This document shows, in pieces, positions 53,444 through 64,000 of a stretch of DNA of 64,000 nt. Every line of letters starts with the position of its first letter. Positions within the stretch are counted from its first letter, which is position 1. A model generated the notes under the pieces. That model saw nothing but the letters and a program-made list of their open reading frames with translations, was not told the origin of the DNA and made no database searches. The DNA is taken from assembly GCA_002633005.1 (NCBI GenBank), contig NMRA01000036.1:62001-126000 (forward strand). Reading direction: 5' to 3'. The position numbers and the translations under genes are program-made. The DNA is from Phoronis australis. Taxonomy: Eukaryota > Animalia > Phoronida.

Positions 53444-55717
53444 TAAATCTGAAATATCCGAATTGCTAAGGATCTGCTATTTTCCAATGATGCAATTTCT
53501 CTTAAGGCAAACAAGCTTGTCTATAAGAAAATCAAAAATGGGACTTTATCATTTCTTCATTTCACAGATCCAGTCGCAATCATGCACGGTAAAATCTCAC
53601 CAAATTGGCACAAAAATAATTGCCAAAATTCTCAAAACGTCTCATGGTAGCTATGGTTATACGATAATTAAAGTTTTTATTTGGGCACTGTTTCGCATTC
53701 ATGTTGTGTCCTAAATTTGCTAGGTTTGTGCAACTGTCATCAGTTTCCCTCAAAGGGTCGCTGTCTGTTTTCACTTATATCGTGTTGTTTATGTGTTTAG
53801 TAAAAAAGGAGCTCAAAAGCTCTAGGTGGTGCTTGTGAAACAAGGGTCCTGTCTGTGTGAATGCATGTATTCTGGTCGTCACATTGGAAATTTATCTCAC
53901 TCTATTCAGATACCACCAAACTTTATTTGAATCTTCTTGAAAGTTGGGCAATCACTCAGGCTGGCTTCATGGTTTTAAGCTTTAGTCTCTCATTAATGAT
54001 ATGAATTTGCGTACAGTTTAAAATGATGGTGACAAGATTGACCAGTTCTTGTTTTTGAGTTCACTGGTCAATGTAAACATTGTTTTGATAAAGGCCCTGT
54101 CACACTAAACTCGTTCACGCAACGTCCAAGCCTGTCTTGATGAGACTGGTTGTGGACAGCCAGAAATAAGCAACTTCAGTGAAAAACATTAGGCGTTTCT
54201 CCTGTTCAGTGACTTTACCAGACATAGAGCAGTTGTGAGCGTTTGATAACATCTAGCTCCTTTGGTAACTGCGGAGCACAGTCTGGTATGCCAACATGCA
54301 GGCCAATTATCTACCAGGGTTATTACTGACCACTTGTGAACACAGTCACACCCAGTGCGTTGGTATGTTCGGACAGAACAGATCGTTCTAACTTCGGTTG
54401 AAGTTGGGCGATTTTGGTGGTTCAAAACTAAGCATGGTCAGTATTTGTTGAGGAATTCAGAAATGCTATTGGTTTACGTTCAAACATTTTATAACTTAAG
54501 TTTTATTTTTAACAGCACAGCCCAGTCGGGCTAGATATGATCTTATCGGAGATTAGAGTGATTATCAAACAAAAGAGAGCTGACCCTCCAACCTTAAATG
54601 CCAGAATGGACTTAATCATGTAAGGTATGGGCTATAGAGGTCATCTACCCAACTTGTTGTTGTGCTATACAACCGAACAAGTTGGACTCAGCGGAAGAAC
54701 GCTGTAATGCATGTATTGAATACGACACCTTCTATAAGGTTCTCACTCAGGTTGTACAATCCTCTCGGTTGCCATTCATTTTTCCCGTGTTTTAGATTAC
54801 TGGTATACTGACTGAGTACTACCCTTGGTGTGACGGGGCTCTACATTCTAGGTGCACAAGCTGGGGTATTGATATTGTCATGGTGCTATGCTTAATGTTT
54901 GAGACCTAACTTCGATTTAAGTGGTGTAGATCCTATTTTCTGTCTACAATTAAAATGTAATAGCCGGTTCTTTTTCAGATATTTCTATCTGCTAAGGGGG
55001 ATATGTTAGTTACTATGAGAGGTGTCACGGGGTTACGTCATAGAAGGAAATTTGGAAACTTTGTGCATAATGTATAAAAGTAGGAAAACAGTTTAATGTT
55101 AAAATGTTTCAGTGTATTCAAAAGTCTTGGCTTCGTTGACACCACAGTTGTGACCAAAGTTTATGACTTCAGTGGTGAAAATTTGGCCTAAGTTTTGATA
55201 TGCGTAAGTTAGATTTTTGACATTTTTGGTCATAAGTCTGACTTATGCGTTTCATACACTTAATCAGTGTTTCTCTGACGAAAAAGATCTTTTCACTTAA
55301 ACAGGACTCTGCTGATTCATTTTTACACAATTTGTGTGGAAATGAAATTTACTTTCATATGTGCATAACATTCCATTTAGCAACATTTTATTATTCTTAT
55401 CATTATTAGGGAAATAAATATTTACGGCAATTTTGTTCTGGATTTTTTGCTAGAAAAACATAGTAGCTGTGCTACTGCAATGGATTATGACATACTGGTA
55501 TTTCTGAAATATTCAGATGGTACTTGACCACAAGCAAAACTTTCTTTTGAGAAGCCATGTGAGAAACAGTACAAGTAACATTTGTGTCTAAAGTCATACT
55601 GCCTTGCAGGGATTCTTTATGTGTCCATTTATTTTAATTTCAAGCAGTAAACATAGTGGAACTGCACCAAAGATAAGCCAAATATGAATGCTCCCAAGCC
55701 AGCACTAATAATATTCA

Positions 55718-56427
55718 TACCATACTCATTCGGGTAATGCCCATGCTCGAAGCGCCACCTACCCCAAAATGTTCAGGTTGAAGCATCCATCAATTTATAC
55801 GACTGATACTTACAAACCTTTTTGACTTCTTGAATGCCCGTCACATCAGCTTTCGAAAGTGCGCGTCTCTTACTTTTAATTAACAAACGGAATCTAATGT
55901 TATTCGGACACCTCCACTGCTATTTATTGGAGGAGACGTGAAATGGTTCTTTCAAAGCAAGTATGGTAATTCTTTTGCCTCCGTGAGTGCTATCTGACAA
56001 GTATCCTGCTCAACGAGCTACATAATTAGTGCAAAAAGGATGAAAGTATTCGAATGAGCAATGCTGGTCAGCTCGTTAGGTACGCGTAATGCTTGCATCG
56101 GACCTATGACACAGCTGTTTAAAATCTGAGTCTCGCGCTTCGGAGCTGTGGGCTGGCCACTCTGGACTGTAAGCCCCTCGTAAAATGGTCTACAATACAA
56201 CGAAGATCCTGATTTTTGTTTTCTCTTGCACGTGAAGTCCAACCTCAATGTAGCCGCCTTGCTGTCCCCGATCCACGGTTTGGTTAAGAACAAACCCCGA
56301 GTTCTCAAAAATCAGTTTCTTTTTGAGCGACCACTATATGCTCGTCTTAGTTAACACGCCCCAACCCCTCATTTTTAGTTCCCCAATTTAAGCACCCAGG
56401 GCGGTTACCCGGACGCCGAGTACAATA
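55718..56427. mobile_element. Degenerate longer relative of the 32993/41261 MITE family
   Basis: Ends TTCGGGTAATGCCCATGCTC ... CCAATTTAAGCACCCAGGGCGGTTACCCG match the family termini. Confidence 0.5.
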
Positions 56428-57343
56428 CTAGCAGAAGCGAATCCAAAACTATATATATTGGACCTACACAAAGAAATGAGTAAAATTCAACAATACTAAG
56501 AATTCAATTTGATTGTAGGAATAACACAAATAAATAATTGAAGGCCCCCGTATCCTACGGTATATGGAAAGCTGTGATGTCACGGACCTTTGTTGGAACT
56601 GGTTTATTCAATTTGTCGGTAAATATTTGGCGAGAAATTTTGATGAAATGACCGTGTCGTGTAATTGCATGTTATTGTGCGGTACACATACTTTGTCAAT
56701 ATTCTCAATAACGTAATCGTTCAACTACAGTGTCAGTGACTAACAAAGAGCAATGAACTTTAATTGGATTTTGTGTGAAGGTCACTCGGCTAAGTCTCTT
56801 GCACTTTCCAGAGAGGTGATAGTTCATTAAAATGGAGATGCGTAGAAAAGAATTATAGTGTCCTCTGCTTTTAAAAAAGCAGAGGACACTATAATTTAAA
56901 AATTGTCTCTGGTCGTTTTTTGTTATGTTTTTTCGTTGCTTGTTTTGACAATGTACTCTGGACACATCTGGATCTGTTGTTATTGTGGCTTGACTTGTAA
57001 ACTAATAAGCAAGCATAGGGTCCATTTTCGATACGTATTTTTCGTAATATGTTTTAGCTAGGTATTTCTTCAACCAAATTGATTTAATTTCAAAAATCCC
57101 TCAAGGTAGTCAATGTTAGAGCATTCGAGGATATAGATAATCCTAATTTTCAGCACACTTCCTCTCAACAGTGCGAGTGGACTACTGCTCAGGTCTTTGA
57201 CCCACAAAGACAGCAAAACTGAATTTGTTAATCCCGATGCATGCACGTACTCCCATTATTCAAACATGTCCTTGTAAATTACTGTTAAGTAGATGGATAA
57301 TGAGAGCACACCTCATCGATATGAAACAATTTCTGCAACCTGC

Positions 57344-57369
57344 GTAAACAGAGCCTTTCTATTTATAAG
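57344..57369 (+). promoter_or_regulatory. TATA-like/MEF2-like element (CTATTTATAA) with an upstream forkhead-like GTAAACA, ahead of the secreted-peptide gene
   Basis: CTATTTATAA at 57359-57368, about 55 nt upstream of ATG 57422; GTAAACA at 57344-57350. Confidence 0.5.
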
Positions 57370-57421
57370 AAGCCTCTGTCTGCATTTGTACACAGCAACT
57401 TTTGTGACAGTCCTAGTCGAC

Positions 57422-57479
57422 ATGAAAACTACTTTGCTGTTGTGTTTGGTTGGAGTTCTGGCATTTGCCTTGGTGACAG
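57422..57479 (+). CDS. Secreted prepropeptide, exon 1 (signal peptide)
   Basis: Encodes MKTTLLLCLVGVLAFALVT(G), a classic n/h/c signal peptide. CAG|GTTGGT phase-1 donor; TATA-like box upstream. Confidence 0.75.
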
Positions 57480-58017
57480 GTTGGTTCCACATTGCTTTAC
57501 GTTTACTCGTCTCAGTGTGGCCTATTGCATTGAAGAAACAATCCCAGACGGGAACTATGAACTTTATCCCTAAATTTTCACTGGATTTGTACAAATAAAA
57601 GTGATAATCACTGCTATTTTTTTCAATATTAAGTCAATTTCACCTTGAGATGAGTAAAGGCTGAGTTGAATTCTTCAAGTTATTGGAAATAAATCATGCT
57701 GTAGATTGATGACAGCTAACACTATTTTTATTTTCATTGAAATAAGACCCCGGCCAGCATAGTGTTCAAGTCTAACCGTTCATGAAGCAGAGATGGAACT
57801 AATGGATCGTAATAATAATCGTATAGAAAAACGATTAGTACCCAATGTCACTAAGGCGTAAAAGAGTTAGGTCACGTAGTGGAGTCCGTGTTTGAGATTA
57901 GTTCATATGCAACCAGTCGCCGGTGTCTCAAATCGTTAAATAATTCGTTTTGTACATTTTGCTGTGCATTAAATAAATCAAGTTGTACAACATAACTGTA
58001 CCGGCCAAGTACACCGC

Positions 58018-58173
58018 CAGTGCTGTAGTGGTAAAACCAGAGGTAAGTAGGCGCCCAGAGCCCACCGTATCGCCTTGAGCACTGAACGTAACTTATGGTG
58101 CGTAGGCGCTACGTTCAAATCCCAAAAGGTGGTTGACTGCGCCTAAGTGCGCCTACGCCCCACTACAGCACTG
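58018..58173. mobile_element. hAT-type MITE with perfect 14-bp TIRs and 8-bp TSD, in intron 1 of the peptide gene
   Basis: TACACCGC|CAGTGCTGTAGTGG ... CCACTACAGCACTG|TACACCGC. Confidence 0.92.
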
Positions 58174-58932
58174 TACACCGCGGCTTCCAGGAATAGTTAT
58201 CCAACTGGGGCTGCACTAGATGTCTAACCCATCAGACCAAACTGTCAAGTTGGGGGATTTCGCCGTTGTAGTTGTCTTTTTGTTGTATTGTATACCAAAG
58301 CGCTTTGGCATTTAAAAGCATTACGATTGTGAAGTGTTACCGAATGAGCCGGTAATTCAAGTCACATGCGCCACTGATTTCTAAATTCGAGATTGCAGAT
58401 ACTGATCCTCAGTATTCTGCCACCAAAAAACAAGGAACCGCTTTAGCTGAAGTATGAAATCGGTCTCGTAATGTTCCTTGCAATGATACGATCAACAAGA
58501 ACATGTCTTCAAAACTAGCAACTGAAGAAGACTGTTACTTCTGCCTATATTGTCTCTGGGTTTTCGCTATCCTACATTTGACGAAGTCAGATAAATTTCG
58601 AAGAAGTTGGTCAACTTTCTGTGTTTTTCAGATAAGGCTGCCTAATGTCCTTAAGATCCACTTACAGCTTTATCGTCAAAGTTCTCGGGAAAACCCAAAA
58701 AGAAACCACGTAAAAGATAACACTAGAATAATTGATGAGTTGAAATTTTTGCCCGCTGGCAATTTTGTACGCTCATTTTCAATTGATTGTGAAGAGGTTT
58801 ATCAACTTTTGAAAGCTGTAGACTATACTGGATTAAGGTAGTGTACTGAATTCTTCTCATGAATTGTTCCAGGTATGCAATATTGCAAATTTTACATAAA
58901 TTCCTGACACAAAATCTAACTCATTCCAACAG

Positions 58933-58968
58933 GGGAAGGCGATTGGAAAACCAGATGGGAGGCCAAAG
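58933..58968 (+). CDS. Secreted prepropeptide, exon 2 (pro region)
   Basis: ccaacag acceptor and AAG|GTATTA donor. 36 nt, phase 1 to 1. Encodes (G)EGDWKTRWEAK. Confidence 0.55.
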
Positions 58969-59295
58969 GTATTAGTTTATTTTAAATTTTTATATTTCAT
59001 TTCCATACTGAAATATGCATGTGGTGCTCCAAATGAGCATGGATGGCTAGGATCTGTGTCCATCAGGTGTTTTTACTCCGTTAGTGATTTAGTCATTGAA
59101 TCTTTTGTACTTGTAGGGCTTCCTTTTTATAACAAACATCAACTACTTGTCTTATGCGAGTTTATATTTAAAGACGCAACCACGCGATTAAATTTTCTTC
59201 CAGTCAAGTAATGTGAAATGACATTTGTAATGAGAAGTGCAGCACATTAGTCTCGTTAAATAACAATGAATTGATGATGATGCTTTGTATTTGAG

Positions 59296-59335
59296 ACGAT
59301 GAAGATGCCAATGCTTTTCTGAAAAATGTGGACAG
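59296..59335 (+). CDS. Secreted prepropeptide, exon 3 (pro region)
   Basis: Strong CAG|GTAAGA donor but an uncommon GAG acceptor. Only the phase-1 frame is open: (D)DEDANAFLKNVD(R). Confidence 0.55.
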
Positions 59336-60075
59336 GTAAGAGGCATGGTGGGAACTCAGGAAACTGCATGACAGGTGATGAAAATCAGGGTTGCATTCCA
59401 GAAACAAGAAACTGGGGAAAGCGCAAGACCACCCAAGTTCATTTCAAGTCGCGAGGTGTTGCCAATCAAAGCCTTTTCGAGAGCGTCTTGGGTGTATGGT
59501 ACTTCAGTCCCCAATGAGATGATTGCATGGGATTTTCTTGAATTGTCGATAACATATTACCTAAAAAATCTAAGTTGAATCCGAAAAGCTTTTCATTTAA
59601 TCAATTTCAGATAACCAACAGCATTCTGACTGACAATCAATCAAAGTATTGTTGGGCCCTAAAATGGCCAAACTTGACTAACTAACGAACACCAGTATCT
59701 CTGTGGAAATGGCTGGTCGGATTCAAATAAAACTTTCAAATACTATGATTTAGGCACTGTTCTCAAAACTGCTTGGGACTCTTTCTTAAAATGGTCTGCT
59801 TTTGCATGAGGGTCTATCAAAATAAGAATTTCATGATTTTCATGAAAACAAAAACAAAATATTCCCGTTAGGAAAATGTAAGGACGTCTTTGACATCTCA
59901 CTTTGAACATTTCTATCAATTAAAATTTGATCATGTTATTAAAATGGTGACGTGACCTATTAATAACAGACTGGTAAGAAGTAAAACATCAAGTTCCACA
60001 GGCTCTCTTCTTTCAGTAAATGTGTACTTTTACCACGTTAAAATACACAAGCTTAAAGATATTTTGCTAAGTCCA

Positions 60076-60285
60076 TTGACTTGTCGATAAGATTTTAGAT
60101 AACATTAACTCGAAACGCATTTTTTTAACTGGATACTGTAAGCACATCTAGTAAGACCGTTAAAATGCAGAAGTTAGTAGATATATTTAAGTGCACTGAC
60201 TTGTCGATAAGGTCCTACATAACAGTAACTCGGAAACGGAAACGCGCACGCATCAACTCGATAATGTAAGCCCATCTAGTGAGAG
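60076..60285. repeat. Imperfect tandem duplication of about 120 bp
   Basis: TGACTTGTCGATAAG...TAAC..TAACTCG...TGTAAGC.CATCTAGT.AGA x2. Confidence 0.75.
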
Positions 60286-60366
60286 TACTCAAGCTTTCGA
60301 AAATAACGTTCACATGCTTAAGAATGCATCATTTGTTGTGTTCACTAAATCTTGAACTATTCACAG

Positions 60367-60427
60367 ACGGGGAGCTGAAGAGTTGAATGAATGGACTCAT
60401 CATGCCAGAGAGACTTATGGAAAATAG
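60367..60427 (+). CDS. Secreted prepropeptide, exon 4 (dibasic site, mature peptide and amidation signal)
   Basis: ttcacag acceptor. Only the phase-2 frame stays open: (R)RGAEELNEWTHHARETYGK*. TAG is immediately followed by a GTTAGT donor. Probable 3'UTR exon from 60923 with AATAAA at 61016-61021. Confidence 0.65.
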
Positions 60428-61575
60428 GTTAGTGCATTTCCCTGAATTTCCATTGTAAATTCAGTCCATGACTAACAATATGGATTAAAGTTTTTATTTC
60501 CTGTATCTATGCCCCCAGTGGCATTTGGAAGAATTAGCACCCCCAAGGGGGTGTTAAGATACAGGGAATAACTGCAAAGGTTATGTAATAATCTATTGAC
60601 CCCCCCATTTTGCGAAATGACATCTACGAAACTCAACAAAAGAAAACAAAACCAGCCACTTTCTTTGGCCTTGATGTCATCTCTGGCAGCGCAGTGGATC
60701 GGACCACCCACGTGAAGCATTCCAGCTTTATACCCATCATGTTTTACCGCCAAACCATTATCAGCCACGAGAACCAACTGTATTGGTTGTTACGGTATTT
60801 ACCGTTCAGGGTTGCATTGGGCGATAAAACTCACTATCTTGCTCACCCATAGTTTTTGTCCATAACGAATTTAGCATTTCAAGGAATGAAGGCTAAAATC
60901 ATTAAATCTGTTTTATTTTCAGGCCAGGAAACGAAGATGATTCTAACAACAGCGGTAACCTAAACTGTCAGTGCACTTGTTCATTATAAAAGTATTGTAC
61001 TATCAAAATGAATCCAATAAACTCTTTAATTCCAGTCCATATGAAAATTTTCTATTTATGGGAAAATAATTTAAGTGTGCTCAACCTAGGGACCATAACT
61101 GGTACTAAGGCTCCACAAACACATCTTAATACTATTATTCAATATCTAATTTGTTTAAAAATTCTAAATAGTAAAACACTAGAAACTGAGACAGATTATC
61201 ACTCCTACTATAATACAGCATTCTTCGCTGTTAAACACAAATACTTTGCATATTTGACCTGTACAGACAGGATGAACATTCCACATTGTTTCCAAATTAG
61301 ATAATGGATGGGAAAGTTCTAAATATATGCTCTACAGCAAAAATGCAATGATGAAGCTGGTCATAGTGTTCAGGCAGGCACAGCACAGAATGTCTTAAAA
61401 CTGATGTGCAAAGTAAGAAAATCCATTGAGCAAGTCCAATTTTTCTTCTCACTCCACATCTTGCAGAATCTCGATTATTTTCCATAGTAGTCTACACTCA
61501 ACTATAGAAGAAACATTATCATCATTCTTATAGCCGTATAAAACACATTTTGAGGATGATTGATGGATGGAATGG

Positions 61576-61715
61576 ACTTCGTTAAAGACATGACTTGACT
61601 TCTTGTTAGCAAGCTTGATACTGGTAGGTTTGTAATTTCGGAACATTCTCCTTTCTTCAGGTGTGTACCAGTATCAAGCTGCTAACAAAAAGTCTAGTCG
61701 TGTCTTTAACAAAGT
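61576..61715. repeat. Inverted repeat of about 50 bp (hairpin) with a 39-nt spacer
   Basis: GTTAAAGACATGACTTGACTTCTTGTTAGCAAGCTTGATACTGGTA / TACCAGTATCAAGCTGCTAACAAAAAGTCTAGTCGTGTCTTTAAC: 3 substitutions and 1 bulge. Confidence 0.85.
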
Positions 61716-63324
61716 TTGTGTAAATGAAGGGATGGAATAGACTATACTAATTAGCTTTGACCAGAGCTACAAAAGAACAAAATCAATTCTTTTGTATGGT
61801 TTTAATACAAATTGTTAATTATAGCTGTTGTCTGCCAGACATTGTCTGAAATCAAGAACGGACGAGAGTTTATAAGTATTAAAATACCTTTAAATGAACA
61901 AAAGACTGAAGTCTGCTGGTGAGCACACTAAAACTAGCCAAAGTCAAAAGACCACAAAAAAAAACAACAACAACTTTTGGCCATGGACTCTCCCCTGAAC
62001 TTGCCAAAATAATGGTGATTCATCACAGAATACACTAAAACTAAGAACTTGTGGCTTCATTTGACTACACTATGACCACAGATTAGCTGCTAACAACAAA
62101 TGGACATTAAACAACTGTCTTATTAAACAGTTCATTTACATGGAATGTCACTTACCATCAAATACAACAATACTGCAAGTTGACAAGAAGAAACACTTCA
62201 TAAATTAAAACAAATGAACAAAAATCAAATACAACAGTGCTTCGTATCAAAAAAGTATAAAGACATTTTACTCATTTACAATATTTCGTCTTATTTCAAA
62301 AATGATTTTACTTCATTTCCTTAGTGCACTTTCAATTTTTAGAAATTAACAAAAGAGCATTTTTCTAAATAAAAATGATTCTCAAACTACCTGATTAATC
62401 ATGTATTTCCTCGGGTTTTGTGGGTTCAAATACATAAATGGGTAAACTGCAATGAAGGTGTTTCCTACAAGCAGAGCTGCATTTTTCTATCGGTTTAGAG
62501 TACGTATGCGCACTGTAAAAACACATTTCACAGCACTGGACGTCTCCTACACATTGTCCACCAAAATTCAGTCTTCAAACATCTCAAGGCAAGAATCAGC
62601 TCGCAAACAAAACCAACAATTACAAATAGTTACAAAACCAGCAATACAACTGAGAACTATAAAGCAGCAAAAATGAGCCCATGACTGCACCACAAGTGGT
62701 ATACTTCTAGAGATGTTTTTAGTGTCACAAAATATCATATAGAATTAAGATCTTTCGAGCCGTTCTGATAATAACTGATGTGCAAGCAGTATCTCGACAA
62801 AAACGGTTAACAGATGATGCCACGGTGATCAAATTCATCCACAATCGAATGATGTAGGTGCATATCAGTCATGTACCCTTGTCTCAAGTCATTTGGCCAA
62901 AAATTTTAGGCAAGAAAAATCTCATCATAATATACAATGGCCAACAGGTAGCGTGATGGTAGACGAATCTGTGCGAAAATTGGTCACATAACGTGCCAAA
63001 TTTTAGCACGATCCATGAAGTGGTTTTTGAGAAAATTGACAGACAAGCAAAGCTAATGACGGATGGACGGGATGCTGACTATACGAGATGACAAATTTTT
63101 TTAGCACACATAAAAATGGCACAACCTTGAAAGATTCAGTATTCACTGGTTGATACCAATATAGAAAGAACCCAGACAATAATAGACTGACAACAGAAAA
63201 CTGTTAGAGGGGCATTTGTGGGCAAAAGATCTCGTGTGCTTGCCTGAATGCATCAATTTTCAGGCAGGACTGTTCTTTTACAAGTACCTCTTGGACACTG
63301 TCCAGCTCATTCATAACTTGTCCT

Positions 63325-63795
63325 TCACACTTGATACATAGGGTCTTTAACAATTCTATATTTTCGTCCAATGAAGAAATAAAACACATTCAATAACTGC
63401 TGAACTCTTGACAGTTGGCACGGGGAACTTCCTTTGAGAGGTTGAAATACAGTCGTGTAACCTTTACTGATCAACCAAATCTGTCCATAGAGAACACCCA
63501 GCCCAAAAAACGACCAAGCAAAGTTAAGTGCAGACAGGGCAAACACCCAGCCATGTTTCAAAAATGCAGCGAGCAACACGTCCAACAAACCATTGGCCTT
63601 TTCTACTTCATAAACAAACTGATAGGCGGAATGGAGAAATATGAATTGCAAGAATAGAAGAGTCGCAGTGAAGACAACGAAGAGACGGCGGTTCCTGTGT
63701 CCAATACACGAGGTGGTGTAGAGGCAATGGTGATCCATCTCGTACACGCAGCGATCACACAGCTTACAGTGTTTAGTCGGCTTGCTAGGAATCAG
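63325..63795 (-). CDS. DHHC-type (ZDHHC family) palmitoyltransferase, terminal coding exon; gene continues beyond the window
   Basis: ttctttcag acceptor. Encodes KHCKLCDRCVYEMDHHCLYTTSCIGHRNRRLF (DHHC cysteine-rich domain) followed by two hydrophobic transmembrane segments and a stop. Confidence 0.9.
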   Translation of the reverse strand: MIPSKPTKHCKLCDRCVYEMDHHCLYTTSCIGHRNRRLFVVFTATLLFLQFIFLHSAYQFVYEVEKANGLLDVLLAAFLKHGWVFALSALNFAWSFFGLGVLYGQIWLISKGYTTVFQPLKGSSPCQLSRVQQLLNVFYFFIGRKYRIVKDPMYQV

Positions 63796-64000
63796 CTGAA
63801 AGAAAAGTGCACAACTGGTTGGTTTCAAATTCTGGGAGTCTGTTTCATAAAAAGAGACTTGAGACTTAAGTCAGAAAGTTCACCTTACGCTCCACTCAAC
63901 TATTCTGAAAATTAACTTTTATTTCTGCAACACAGGGTCTATGAAGAAAATGTACCCATAATACAGTGCTAGTTCAGTGCTAATTGTTCAGATATTTTTT

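Noticed and set aside
58399-58841. Extra exons of the secreted peptide gene (58399-58451; ORF 58503-58841)
   Set aside because: Including them shifts the phase so that the 59296 exon hits a stop, and the translations look non-coding. They cannot be fully excluded without RNA data.
61-63915. Remaining 60-150 aa ORFs in the track
   Set aside because: No recognisable domains; they are intronic, antisense or alternate-frame to real exons, or lie within MITEs. No transposase or reverse transcriptase ORF was seen.

Overview
AT-rich, intron-rich eukaryotic DNA from a bilaterian animal, probably a marine invertebrate (this assignment is an inference). It is not prokaryotic, and almost all ORF-track entries are spurious. 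Genes were rebuilt by hand from splice sites. (1) The last 8 coding exons of KATNIP/KIAA0556 (+, 14542-29101, about 305 aa), including a 7.4-kb U12-type GT-AG minor intron. (2) Two tandem, intact COX6B paralogues (-, 37192-40312 and 31419-34837; 79 aa each, 49/79 identical, same exon sizes and phases). (3) MFSD13A/TMEM180 (+, 49514-53443, 483 aa), preceded by a 759-bp duplicate across a single N that is probably an assembly artefact. (4) A four-coding-exon secreted prepropeptide missed by the ORF track (+, 57422-60427, 64 aa). Its predicted mature amidated peptide GAEELNEWTHHARETY-NH2 has a conantokin-like Glu pattern and a Gla-propeptide-like pro region; this is the most novel candidate. (5) The terminal exon of a DHHC palmitoyltransferase (-, 63325-63795). 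The rest is MITEs (including a nested cluster), tRNA-derived SINE heads, a TSD-flanked retroposon fragment and tandem repeats.
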